From assembly GCF_018350175.1 (NCBI RefSeq), contig NC_058369.1, positions 9,798,001 through 9,862,000 on the forward strand: a DNA stretch of 64,000 nt, written 5' to 3'. The DNA is from Felis catus (lineage: Eukaryota). The translations under genes were made by a program, and so were the position numbers. Numbering within the stretch: position 1 is the stretch's first letter; every line of letters begins with the position of its first letter. This document shows positions 24,600 to 38,000 of the stretch, piece by piece. The notes below the pieces were generated by a model. It was not told the origin of the DNA. It made no database searches and saw only the letters and a list, made by a program, of their open reading frames with translations.

Positions 24600-26050
24600 G
24601 ACCTTGGCTGAGGGCAGAAGCCACCCTCCCCGCACCTTGGCCCATCAGGCTGCCGGGATGCGGGGTGGGGGCAGGGGGTGGGGGGGACGGGAGCGGGGGG
24701 AGGTCAAGCTGGGCCCCGAGGGAACATGGTGGGGGGGAGTCACAGCCACCTCAGGCCACGGCCCGCCCGCCCCGCCTGGGAGGCCCTGGGGACACGGCTC
24801 TAGTCCCCACGTCGGGACAGAACATGGGAAGCGCCGTCCCTCTCCGCTCTGGTCGGAGGCCCTTCCAGGGACACCCGAGGACCCTGGAAGGAGCCACCTG
24901 GGGCCCTTCAAAGGGTCAGGGAGCCCTGTGGGGGATGCCTGGGGCCGTCCAGACAAGTCGACACCGACCTGGGCCACAGAAGTTGTCAAGGTCCCTCTGT
25001 CCTGATCAGGAACTGGGTAGGTCTGCCTGGATCTGTCGGGGAACAACTCGGTTAAATTACTTGCATTAGAATTTTCTGAGAAAATGAAGGGCAAAAGTTG
25101 GCCCTCACGGAGGCCGGGGGTCTGGCGCTGACTGTGGGGGGGGGAAGGGCGGAGAAGGCCCGAAGCCCGAGCGCTGTGGGCCCGACTTCCGGGGGCCGGA
25201 CCCACACTAACCCTACCCCGGCCACCTAAAAATATGGAATGTCCAGACCCGGGCCGCCAGGAGAGGCCAGAGCCCGCAGGTGGCCGCGCGACGCCGCGAA
25301 CCGCGCGGCCGACACCGCCCCTCACACCTGCGCGCGCGCTCCACCTCTTTCCCGCGCATTCACGGCACCGCCGTGCGCAGGCGCGATGGCAGCACCGCCC
25401 CCGCACACGCGCGCACGCCCCGCCTCTTTCCCGCGCGGCCCGCGGCCCGCCCACCGCCCGGCAGTGCGCACGCGTGCCCGCGCACTGCCTGCCGGGAGTT
25501 GTAGTTTCATCGCGGAGGGCCCAGCAAGTCCAGTGGCTGCGCTCCGGTGCCGCGGCGCCGAGGCCGAGGCGGAAGTGGGGCGGCCACCCCCGGGGTCGAG
25601 GGCGCGGGGTCAGCGGTCGCGGGGCGCCAACCAGGGGCGCGGGGCTCAGGAAGTGCGCGTGCGCGGCGATAGGCCCCAGGGGAGGAGGCAGGGCAAGGCC
25701 AGGCGAGGTGGCCAGTGGTCTGGGCATCGTGCCTGGAAGATGCACAAGAGGAAGGGCCCCCCGGGGCCCCCCGGCCGAGGTGCCGCCGCCGCCCGCCAGG
25801 TGAGTCTATACCCCACGGCCCCGCCTAGAGAACCGTTCTCACCCCTATCACAGGTTCAGAGGAGGGCCCCACCCACCAGGGGAACCGATCACCACCCCCA
25901 GGTGAGCCCCGGTCCCCGCCTTCCAGATGAGGTTCTGCCCCCAAAGTGGGGCCTAGTGGCCCCGGCTCCCCAGCTCCTCAGCTCTTGGCGCCCCGCCCTG
26001 GGCTCAGAGCCACCTGTTGCCGAAGCCTCTCCAGTTTGGGAGGGGAAGGC
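24600..26050. promoter_or_regulatory. Bidirectional CpG-island promoter of BRME1 (-) and CC2D1A (+)
   Basis: Very CpG-dense. ZNF143/THAP11 motif ACTACAACTCCCGGCAGGCAGTGCG on - (about 25481-25505), NRF1-like TGCGCAGGCGC (25374), ETS CGGAAGTG (25570), two TTTCCCGC E2F motifs (25348, 25427). Confidence 0.85.
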
Positions 26051-29000
26051 CTCGGACCTGAGATAAGGATAGTTAATGTACTCCTGGTTTGGACACTCAT
26101 GGAACCTCGCATCAGCCAGGCCAAGTCAGACTTTCTATCCCCACTGTACAGATGAGGACACTGAGGCCCAGAGAGGTGAAGACAGCTTCCCAAGGTCATA
26201 GGGATTAACAGCTTGGCCAGGGCTAAGTGCAAAATCCAGAGCGGCTGCCATGAGCCCACGGGACTGTGTCTGGTCGTCCTTTTCCCTCCTCCGTCTCCTC
26301 TGCCCCAGGCACCTGGAGGGTGTGATTTTTCTTAGCTTTGGTGGAAGGAGCTCAGGCCATAGTTTAGTGCCCGGGTATTAGAATCTGGCCAACCTGGAGT
26401 TCCCTGCTGGCCTCTGCATGTTGGACACTCAGCTTCACAGCTCTTACACCTGTTTCCTCGTCTGTAAGATGGAGGCCCTAAGAGTCCCTATGTCACAGCA
26501 CAGTTGTGAAAATTCACTGGAATAGTTTATGGAAAGTGCTAGAACCTAACACTCAATAAGCATAACTTATTTTGTTTAATGTTTATTTATTTTGGGGAGA
26601 CAGAGAGACAGAGTGGGGGAGGGGCATAGAGAGAAGGAGACACAGAATCTGAAGCAGGCTCCAGGCTCTGAGCTGTCAGCACAGAGCCCGACGCGGGACT
26701 CGAACCCACAAAGCGCGGGATCACGACCTGGGCCGAAGTCAGACACTCAACCGACTGAGCCAATAAGCGTAACTTATTACTGTTGAAAGGAGCCATACAT
26801 AATAGTCAGTATTTGCCCATTCTGACCGACAGAAAAGGCCGTTTTGTGTAGTTCGGTGTAATATCATCACATCACGATTGGTCATTAGCTGGGACGGGAT
26901 AGGAAGACAGGTCTGTTATACAATGAAAACCCCGCTTTCAGTTTCTATGTTTTCCGGGCTTCTGTTTGCTCTTGATAACTCCAGGCTTCCTGCGTGGCCC
27001 CCTCTGCTGAGTGTGCTGGAAGGAAAAGCCCAGGTGTACCGAGTGGCTTAGCTTTGGGCAGGGTGTAGGGCCTGTCTTTCCCACTGAACTCAGTCAGCAG
27101 CACATTGTGGGTGTGGGCTCGGAGCAGGGAGCAGGGTCTCTCTGCCTGCCCTTTGCCCCGGGTTGATCTAGGCCAGAGGGCCTGGCCCATCTTGGAACAC
27201 CTGTTGCATTCTCAACCCATTCCAGCCTCCTGGCACTTCCCTGGGGAAATTACTTTCCCTCCGAGACCTGGGTTTCCTTCCTGAGGGAAACCTGGGTCTG
27301 TCCTGGTTGCCTCTGGACAGGTGGGGTGCATTCCAAAGTCTGACTGGACCCTTACTGTTCCCTCAGCTGGGCCTGCTGGTTGACCTCTCCCCAGACGGCC
27401 TTATGATCCCCGAGGACGGAGTTAACGATGAGGAACTGGAGGCCGAGTTCTTGGCCTTGGTGGGGGGCCAGCCCCAAGTCCTGGAGAAGCTCAAAGGCAA
27501 AGGTGAGACTCTCAACACACCCCTGAACATTCTCTGAGCACCTGCTGTGGGCAGGACTCAGCCCTGGGCCCTGGGGAGAAGGGGGAAAGGAGACGGAGGT
27601 CTCTGCCCTCCTAGAACCCGCAGCCTGGGTTAAGAGGTTAAGCGATCAACTCTGGACCCAGAGTGAGGGTTCAAATCCCAGTTGTGCTGCTTACTGGCTG
27701 TGTGACTGATGAGTCCCAGCACCTGTGTGGACTTCGGTTTCCCCGTCTGTAAAATGGGAATAATAACTGCCCTTAGTCACAGTAGTTCATCTTCTCGTGT
27801 GTGTTAAGTACTTCACACAGGGTCTCACATTCCCTCCAACACGCTGTCCCATGATCAGGTTGGGGTGAGGGAAGCACAGAGGGATGGGGGAGACCTGTGA
27901 GCTGGGGCCAGGTGCCCGCAAGAGACACCCACAACAAGGATGGTCAGCAGAAGAGCTAGAAAGTGCGGCTGGGAGGCCCAGCGCATGCAAAGCCCTCCCC
28001 CCTCCCCCCGTGGGAGGTGACAGGGTCAGCAACACTGCAGTGGGGTTTGGGGCTGGAGCTCCAAGGGGAGACGGAACCTTTATACTTGTTAGCTAATTCA
28101 GTCCACTCTCATTATTAACGGATTCCATATTTGTGAGTTCACCAACGGGCTAAATTTTATTGGTAACACCAAAATCAATAGTCGGGGAGGTTCGGCAATT
28201 CCTTGCGGGCGTGCACAGAGCTGCAGCAAGTTTGAGTCGCTCACTTTACGCGGTCCCAGCTGAGAGGGGGCAAGATGACCGTCAGCCTTCTTGTCTCAGG
28301 GCTTCAAGTAAACACGGGTCCTTCTCACAGTCTGTGTAAGGCTGCATTTTGCTCATTTTGGCACTCTTTGTGGGTGCTCTTTGCGTGGTACATTTTGCTG
28401 TTCAGAATGGCACTAAAGTGTGGCGCTTACAGCTGTCTCGTGTCTTTAAGGGCAAGAAGTTTGTGATGCGTCTTATGGAGGAAATACGCTAGCAGCTAAG
28501 CCTCATTCAGACACGAGTAGCCTTGAGTTCAATGTTAACAAACCAACAACACGTATTTAAAAAGGTATAGTTAGATAGAGGCACGCATTGAACAAGGTTA
28601 TGCATCGGCCGGTTGACGAAACTGTGCCCAGAGGCTCATGGGATCCTAACCTTGTATTTCCTCTAGGGGCAGCGGTCCAGTACTTGCTAAGTCAGTGTTG
28701 AAGGCACTTTTATAGGACGTAGGTAACGCAAATAATGAGAATGATTCGAATGACAAAGTGCTGATGACGTGCTTTTCTAGAACCTCATTTACCTTGAGTC
28801 CTCACGATGCGTGTGTGTGTGTGTGTGTGAGGGAGAAACTTGCCCTCGTCTAATAGGTGGGAAGACTGAGGCCCAGGGAGGTCACGTGACTTGCCCAGGG
28901 CTCCACAGTAAGAAAGCTGCAGAGCCAGGGTTGGAAGTCCGGCTTGATAAGCACGAGAGGAGGCCGGCAGGATTCGCGGGATCATACCTGGTGGGCCTGA

Positions 29001-32000
29001 GGGCAGTAGGGTGCCATGGAAGGGCAGTAGGGGGGCATGCTGCCCTATTCTTTAGGGCCATGGGTAACTGGGACAGGAGGCTGGAGACACTTTTTTTTTT
29101 TTTAATGTTTATTTATTTTTGAGAGAGAGAGGGAGACAGAGCATGAGTGGGGGGGGGGGGGGGCAGAGAGAGAGGGAGACACAGAATCCGAAGCAGGCTC
29201 CAAGCTCTGGGCTGGCAGCACAGAGCCGGACGTGGGGCTCGAACCCACCAATCCCGAGATCATGACCTGAGCCGAAGTCGGCCGCCCAATTGACTGAGCC
29301 ACCCAGGCGCCCCATGGGGACTCTTGAAGGATCCCAGTCCATCTGGAGCCTGTCACTGCCACCAGGTCCCCTGCCCATGGAGGCCATTGAGAAGATGGCG
29401 AGCCTGTGCATGAGAGACCCGGATGAGGAGGAAGGTACCGACGACGAGGAAGATGTGGAGGCTGACGACGACCTGCTGGTGAGCACCCACGGCAGGGCAG
29501 GAGGCCACCCATGCTGTCGTTGCCCCGTGCAGCAGGCCCTCATGCCTGGCCAATGGCCGTGTGTCCCTGCAGGCAGAACTAAATGTGGTCCTTGGGGAGG
29601 AGCAGAAGTCTCTGGAGTCCCACCCTCCTGTGGCTCAGGTATAGCCCGACAACCTGCTCCCCGTAGTGCAGGGTTCAAGGCCCTCCCTTGCCCCTCAGCC
29701 ATGTTACCTTGGGCAGGTGACATGACACCTCTGAGACCCAGTTCCCTGCATCCGGAACAATGATGATGATTTCTACCTTGGGGAGTGGGGTGGGGGAGGC
29801 GGCGGGGACAGCTGGCCCCCCGGGCACCATGCCTGGTGTGTGATAGGCACTCGCCCAGGGGAGCCCTTGGGGAGAGCCCAAGTGGGGTCACCACCCAGAC
29901 CATGCCCCGGTCCCTCCTGCAGCCCAAAGCCGCAGCCCCCAGCCCCGGGGTGGAGGCCACCTTGCAGGAGAGGCTGGTCCTCTACCAGAGGGCGATCGAA
30001 AGCGCTAGGCAAGCTGGAGGTGGAGCCAAGATGCGGCGCTACGACCGGGGACTTAAGGTGAGCGGGCGGGCGGGTGACGGGAGGGTGCTGGCACCCTACC
30101 GCCGGCCCACCGCACCCGGCTGTCAGGCTCCTCGGAAACCCATTTCGCACCTTCTCTCAGACGCTTGAAAACCTGCTGGCCTCGGTCCGGAAAGGTAACG
30201 CCATCGACGAAGGGGACATCCCACCGCCCGTGGCAGTGGGGAAGGGTCCGGCAGCCACCCCCAGCCACACGCCCGCACCCTCCCAGCCGGCCTCCACCAC
30301 GAGCCAGCCAGCCCCGGAGCCCAGGGTCACGGTAGAAGGCCCGCCTTCCTCTGCCCCAGCCTCATCCACAGGCTTGGCTAAGCCCCAGCTTCCTCCAGGT
30401 AGGCCGGGGGCAGGGCTGGGCTGACAGGGGATGTTGCAGGCGTGGGATCTACTCAGCACTTGGCCATTCTGTGGGGGTGCAGGCCCTGCACTGACTGTCA
30501 GATACCCTTAACGCCCCTCGCCTCCCCAGGTCCTCATGTCTCTGGAGTTCACGAATGCCGTTTTTTGTACATGTGGTGGTTTAAAACATACAACGTGACA
30601 TTGGCCCTTTGAACCCTTTTTCGGTGTGCACTTGAGTAGCACGTTCACCATGTGGTGCGCCGGTCTCCTCTGTTTCCAAGACTGTTTCATCGAACAAAAA
30701 CTCTCTTCCCGCGAAACACTAGCTCCCCATTTCCGCTCCCCCGGCCCCTGACAGCCGCCATCCATGCTTTATGAGTCTGCGTCTCCCGGACGCGTCACGT
30801 AAGTGGGACGACACACGAGTTGTCCTTTGGTGTCAGCTTCTTTCACTTAGTGTCACCTCGCAGCATGCGTCAGAGTCCCTTTTGAGGGCTAACGCGTAAG
30901 AGCTATAAGTGGATAATTCCCCAGCCCTCAGCATGTCTGTCTTCTAAAACTGACCTGCGGGCTTATGAGTTCAAGCCCCGCGTCAGGCTCTGTGCTGACA
31001 GCTCGGAGCCTGGAGCCTGCTTTGGAGTCTGTGTCTCCCTCTCTCTCTGCTCCTCCCCCACTCACACTCTGTCTCTGTCTCTCTGTCTCTCTGTCTCTCT
31101 CTCAAAAATAAACATTAAAAAAAACAAACAAACCCTCACCTGCGGGAGGTTTTCCTTCCCAACCTCTCCCTCTCCGGTGGCCTTCCTCCCACTACCCGAA
31201 AGGAGTGCCCGCCTCTGTCCCTTCTAGAATATCAACACAGGCACTGCCCCAGGGCCAAACGCTCCCCAAACATACGAAGAGACACTTAAAACTGGGCTGG
31301 CCCGGTTGAGAAAGTAAACACCAGGTCTAAATCTTTCCACAGCCCGGCTGGTTTCTAAGCTATTGTTTTGGCAAAGTTCAGGGAAGGTTGTTGGAAATCG
31401 TCACCCGAAATGCTCAGCCAAAATCACCAAAGCTTTTTTCACGACGGGGTTTTGGCACACGCCTTGGGTAGGGTCCAGGGAAGCCCGCAACGTGGTGATC
31501 ACAGGACCCCGTGTCTTCCCGTCTATTTGTTGGTATGAAGCAGGTTTCCTGGTGCTTTGAAGAAGAAAAAAAGGGAAGTTGGGAAACAATGAACGGGGAA
31601 ACGGAGTTAATTGGTAGAAGGCGGACCCAGCCCCAGCCCTGTCAGCAAGAGGTGCCGGTGCGATAAAATTGTGCTCTTGGCATATGAAAATTCTTTATCA
31701 AAAAGCCTGATATATTTAGGCTTTGTTCAGTGCTATGCTAATAATACCAATGATTCAACCTGGAAGAATGTTTTCGCTGCCCCCCTCCCCGCCCCCCACC
31801 AAGAGGGAGCACAAGCAGGGGAGGGGCAGAGGGAAAGAGAGAATCTTAAGCTGTTAGTGTGGCCTGGATCTCACAACCCTGGGATAATGAGCTGAGCCCA
31901 AATCAAGAGTCAGATGGACGCTCAGCTGACTCAGCCACTCAGGTGCCGCCGGAAGGACATTTTCTTGACTCCGAGAGACTCACTGTGATAGGAGATAAAA

Positions 32001-35000
32001 CCGATCAAATGTCAACGCTCTTTTGCTGCCACTCACGGATACCTTTTCAGGCAAATACACCTGAACTTAAAGCTGTAGGTGCAGTTGTCAGTCTGAAAAA
32101 GTACGATGCATGTAGCTTGCCAGGCGTTTCTAGGATTTGTGGACCCCGGTGGTCGTAAGTGCAATAGCCCTTTGTTTTTTTATGTCAAAAATTGCACCAG
32201 TTGCCCTAAATTTAATGATACTTCTCCTGAAAACCTATCGAACGTGTCATTTAATACTGTAACTAGCATACTGTTTAAAAAAACAATTTAGGGGGGCCTG
32301 GGTGGCTCAGTCGCTTGAGTGTCCGACATTGGCTCAGGTCACGATCTTGCGGTCCGTGAGTTCAAGCCCCACGTCGGGCTCTGGGCTGATGGCTCAGAGC
32401 CTTGAGCCTGCTTCGGATTCTGTGTCTCCCTCTCTCTGCCCCTCCCCCACTCACACTCTGTCCCTCTCTCTCAAAAATGAATAGACGTTAAAAAATAAAA
32501 ACAAAAAAGCAGTTTAACTCTCCATTTCCTCACTTTGCCAATGAACCTCATAGATGGATTTTGGTTGCACAAATATACCATAGGGCGGTCAAGAAAAGAC
32601 TTTTAACAGGGCACCTGGGTGGCTTAGTTGAGCGTCGGGCTCTTGATTTTGGCTTGTGTCATGATCCCCAAGTCGTGGGACTGAGCCCCTCGTTGGGCTC
32701 TGCGCTGAGGGTGGAGCCTGCTTGGGATTCTCTCTCTGTCTCTGCCCCTCCCCCACTCATACTCTCTCTCCCGCCACCCAGTATGAAAAAAAAAAAGAAA
32801 AGGCAGCTTTAAACTGAGCAGGCCCCCTGTTTCTTTGATAAACACAGTGCAGCACTGTATTTCCCTTCCTTGTGGCTTTCCTAGTATCATTTCTTACAGC
32901 TTCGTTTATTATAAGAACAGCATATAACGCGCATAACGTACGAGACATGTCGATCGGTTGTCTTTATTGGTGATGCCCGTGGTCAACAACAAGCTATGAG
33001 TAGTCAAATTTGGGGGGAGTCCAAAGTAGATTTCCAACTGCATGGCGGGGGCAGGGGGTGTTGGTGCCCCTGACACCCTCACTGTTCAAGGGTCAACTGT
33101 ACTTGATGTACTGAATTGTACACTTAAAAAGGGTTAAGAGGGTAAATTTCATGTGTATTTTGCCGCAATTAAAGAAAACAAGGGGCACCACCAGCTCATT
33201 CGGTAAAGCGTGTGACTCTTGATCTCGGGGTCATGAGTTCGAGGCCCACAGTTGGCATAGAGCTTGCAAAAAAATAAAAAATAAAAATAAGTGAATACTG
33301 GTGAGTTTCAAATCACCATGGTAGTTAAAGTACATTGGATTAAAAAACGTTAAAAATTTTTTTAACGTTTATTTATTTTTAAGAGAGAGAGAGAGAGAGT
33401 ACAAGTGAGGGAGGGGCAGAGAGAGAGACAGGGAGACACAGAATCCAAAGCAGGCTCCAGGCTCTGAGCTGTCAGCACAGAGCCCGATGCAGGGCCGGAA
33501 CTCACAGACCGTGAGATCATGACCTGAGCTAAAGTCGGACACTTAACTGACTGAGCCACCCAGGTGCCCTTAAAGTACATTAAGTTTTAAAGAGTGATGT
33601 GATAGTTCTGTTTTGTGAATGTCAGTATTTGCACGACACTGGGAATGACAACTGTGGCCACTTTTTAAAGTTAAGATGAGGGCCGCCTGGGTGGCTCAGT
33701 CGGTTAAGCGTCTGACTTTGGTGCAGGTTATGACCTCACGGTTCGAGGGTTCAAGCCCCACCTCGGGCTCTGTGGTGACAGCTCGGAGTCTGGAGCCTGC
33801 TGCGGATTCTGTCTCTTTCTCAGGTCCCGGGGTAGAGTCCCTGCCACACCATCTTGGGGAGACGGCATGGCCTCTCAGCCTCAGTGCTCACATCTGTAGG
33901 TCAGGCCTAAGGAACAGGCTTCGTTGTGACGGTTAAACAGAGGCGGTTCGTATGCTGTTCCCCCTTCCAGGTCCCTGCAGCCCTGACCTCCTGGCCCAGT
34001 TGCAGAGCCGCCAGCGCGAATATAAGTTGGCCGCCCTCCACGCCAAGCAGCAGGGAGATACTGCCACTGCTGCCAGACGTTTCCGTGTGGCCAAGGTGCG
34101 TCCAGACCGGTGGGAGAAGACACGACGCTTCCGACTTTGCGTGGTGGCAAAGAACGGGAGCGCTGTGGTCACACGGACCCCAGTTTGACTCCTGACCCTT
34201 AGTCACTCTGTACGTGTAGTTTTCCGTATCTCTTAAAGCCCCGGTTTACCCTGCCTGTGAAATGGGCGTCAGTATTGGAAGGGGCTTAAGCAAGATGCTG
34301 CAGAGGAATGGACAGAGGCTCCCCACAGGGTCCTGGCCCCCAACCGCAGCCTCTTCCCCTCGTCTCCTTTCTCTCAGAGCTTCGATGCCATCTTGGAGGC
34401 CCTGAGCCGGGGGGAGCCTGTGGACCTGTCCCGCCTGCCACCTCCCCCTGGTGAGGACCCCACCACCCTGCCCAGCCTCCGGGACTTGGTGCTGCCGCCC
34501 TCTCTGGTCACCTGGGGACCCCCTCAGACCACACCAGCGTGGGGTAGGGGGTCCCCAAGCAAGCCCCTCACTGGACTGGACCTCTCTGCCTTCAGACCAG
34601 CTGCCCCCAGAGCCACCCTCGCCATCACCGCAGCCTCCGGCTCCCAGCACGGTGCCCTCCACGCCAGGTAGGCTCTTGGAACCCTGTGTGGTGGGCAGGC
34701 CAGGGCGACAAGTCTCTCCTTCCCAAGACTCTTAACCCTGCCCCTCTGTTCCCCGTCGGCCCCCGTCTGGCCCAGAGGTTCCCCCACCTCCGCGGACTCT
34801 CCTGGAGGCACTGGAGCAGCGGATGGAGCGATACCACGTGGCCGCGGCCCAGGCCAAGACCAAAGGGGACCAGCGGAAGGCTCGCATGCATGAGCGCATC
34901 GTCAAGGTGTGTGTGGGCCCAGTGGGCAGGCAGACAGCGCCCGCGGGCCTTGCCCAGGTAGCCCTAATCCTGTGTCCACTACAGCAATACCAAGAGGCCA

Positions 35001-38000
35001 TCCGAGCCCACAAGGCGGGCCGAACGGTAGATGTGGCCGAGCTGCCGGTGCCCCCAGGTAGGCACAGCCCCCACCCCTGCCCCTCCCGGCCTCTGAGCCT
35101 CCGTAGGTGCTATTCCTCCTGACCGCACAGGCCCAGGGAGCTGTGTGCTCCGCATTCGGGAATTCTGCAAACTTGTTAGATAATTGGTACCTTACAGTTG
35201 GGTTCCAATCGGAGTGTTTGTACCACGGAAATCGGCAGGCGCTAAAAATCAGGGGGTTTTACTTGGAGAGCCTGTTCACCAGCCCACCATCGTCTGTCTG
35301 ATTTCCTCCATTTCTTCTGTGTTCGACTCCTCCTTTCGCATCAGCTCTCGGCCTTACACTCTACTCAGCCTTCCATCAGCCTCCCAGTGGGTTGGGGGCC
35401 TCCTCTGGGTTCTCAGAGCTGCCCGCGCACCCCCGGGAGAGCAATTATTCCTCAACACCTTGGTCCCCTGGGAATCCCTCCAGGCCTGTGACCGCCTCTT
35501 GTGCCTGGTGGCCCGCCTCACCCCGTGCTTGCCCGTTGGCGTCTGGTCAAGGCCCGGGGTCAGGTGAGAGGCAGCAGGAGATTAGGTTGGAATAATCTGG
35601 CATCTACACAGAAGCAGCAGCAGCTCCTTCCTGGATTCAAAGTACATCCAAAGCCCCGAGGCTCCTTAGGAAGGGGAGGAACCCACGTCTCCGCCATCGC
35701 GGCATGGGTCCCTCCCTCCTGACTGGGCCCTGACTGGCCGCCCAGGCTTTCCCCCCATCCAGGGCCTGGAGGCCACCGAGCCCACCCAGCAGAGCCTGGT
35801 GGGGGTCTTGGAGACCGCCATGAAGCTGGCTAACCAGGATGAAGGCGCAGAGGATGAAGAGGATGAGGAACCTAAGAAGGTGGGAGGGGCTGGGGTCTTG
35901 GGGTGAGACGGGAGTGGCAGCAAAGCCCTGACAGAACCTGGGAAGAGCTGGCCTCCCTCCCGGCCTGGCCACTTCCTGGCTGTGCAGCCGTGGGCAAGCC
36001 ATTTTGCTCTCTGATCCTGCCTCCTCATCTGTAAAGTGGGTACAGGGGCTGTCTTTGTCTCTGCAAAGATTCAGTGAGAATGAGACTATATGGGGCATTC
36101 GTTGCTGAGGAAACAGAAACTAAGACAGTCACCATTGTCAGTTTCGGGCCCCGGCCCCTTGGGGAGTGGAGCCACTGTGAGTGCCGGGAGAGCTCTGATT
36201 CCCTCCCTGTCTGTCAGCAGCCCACCAGCCCTCCGGCCCCCACGGCCCAGCCCAAGGCCCCACCCTCAAGGGCGCCCCAGTCAGGCTCCACCCCAGCGGC
36301 CAAAACAGCCCCCAAGGGCACATCCGCCAGAGGTAGGTGTGCCCTCCCTTCCTGGGCTGCCTGTTGCTTGGCTGTGGGCCAGGCCGCGTGCACAGACCCC
36401 CCTGTACCCACAGCCCAGCAGCAACTGGCCTTCCTGGAGGGCCGCAAGAAGCAGCTCCTACAGGCCGCACTGAGAGCCAAGCAGAAGAATGACATGGAGG
36501 GTGCCAAGATGCACCTGCGCCAGGCCAAGGGGCTGGAGCCCATGCTGGAGGCCTCGCGCAACGGGCTGCCTGTGGATATCGCCAAGGTGAGCCCTCTAGG
36601 CCTGCTGGACCTCCCCAGGCACCCCCTGTTGGGCCGTGGCCACTTAGCAGCCACGTAACTTGGAGTATATCAGTCAGGATCCAGGTTAAGCTTCTGTAAC
36701 AGATAAGTACCCCCCCGACTCAGTGGCCGAAAGAAGACAGATCTGTTTTCTCGCGTGGAAGACTCAGGGCAGTCTGGGCTCTGGAAAAGACAGAGCCCTC
36801 CAGGGCCCAGGTTCCTTCCATCTTGTTGCTCTGTCACACCTCGGAAGGTCATCTTTGTCCACGTGCTCAGAGTGGACTGATGCCCTTCCTGCATTCAGTC
36901 CATGGGAAGCAGTGAGGGAAAGAAAGGGCAAGGCAAGCAGTTCCATTTAAAGCAAGTGACATGGAATCCCATCACTTCTCACCTTCCACTGGCCGCCGCT
37001 GAATCCCATGGCGGTACCCGGCTGCAAGGGATGCTGGGACACGTAGTACCTGGGCTGTGTGCCACTTTGGGAGGGACCATCCACTTCTCTCTGAGCACCA
37101 CCTTTCTCCTCGGGGAAGAAGAAAGACCAGGGCTGGGGCAAAGCAGTGGTCCAGGAAGGCCTCTCCAAGAAGGGGTGACATTTCCATGCGCGGGCCTGTT
37201 TGTTGCTAACCAGCAGGCCCCTCCCCATGAGGCTTGTCTTCTCTAGGTGCCACCCGCCCCCGTCAACAAAGACGACTTCTCTCTGGTCCAGCGGCCTGGC
37301 CCAGGTCTGTCTCAGGAGTCTGCCCGGCGCTACGGTGAACTCACCAAGCTCATAAGGCAGCAGCATGAGGTGAGGTGGGCCCCTGGCCCAGATCAGCAGG
37401 CCTCAGGGTCATGGCCCCCCGCCCCTCCCCTCACTGCCTTCTGCTCTTCAGATGTGCCTGAACCACTCTAACCAGTTCACCCACCTGGGCAACATTGCCG
37501 AAACCAGCAAGTAAGTGCCCCTGTCCCTGCCTCTGCCGGACGTCTGTACCCCCATCCCATCCCCGGGTCCAGGGACCTGAACAGGGCTCTCTTGCCGGCA
37601 GATTTGAGAAATTGGCAGAGGACTGTAAGCGGAGCATGGAGATTCTGAAGCAGGCATTCGCCCGAGGTCTCCCCACGCCCACTGCCCGCTTTGAGCAGAG
37701 AACCTTCAGCGTCATCAAGTAAGGCCCTGATGCCCCTTGGGCCAGATGCCCCTTTGGAGAGGGGCATGCACTCCCCAGAAGCCAGCAGAGGACTTGCCTC
37801 TGGGGGAGAGTTGGGTTGCACGGTGAAAGCACAGTATACGCAAGGGTCCTGAGGCAGGCATGAGGTGCAAGTGAAAGATGGTGTTGGGGAGTTGCCAGTG
37901 ACACATTGAGAAATGGGGAGGACCGAGTGAGTGCAGAGATGTGCCTTGTCCGAAGGCCCGGGCGAGCCCTCAGCGTGGTTGTTGTTGGTCCTGCTCCTCT

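Noticed and set aside
24645..26066. Long ORFs on both strands (366, 275 and 189 aa) over the CpG island
   Set aside because: Stop-poor GC-rich sequence; only 25740-25799 is coding (CC2D1A exon 1).
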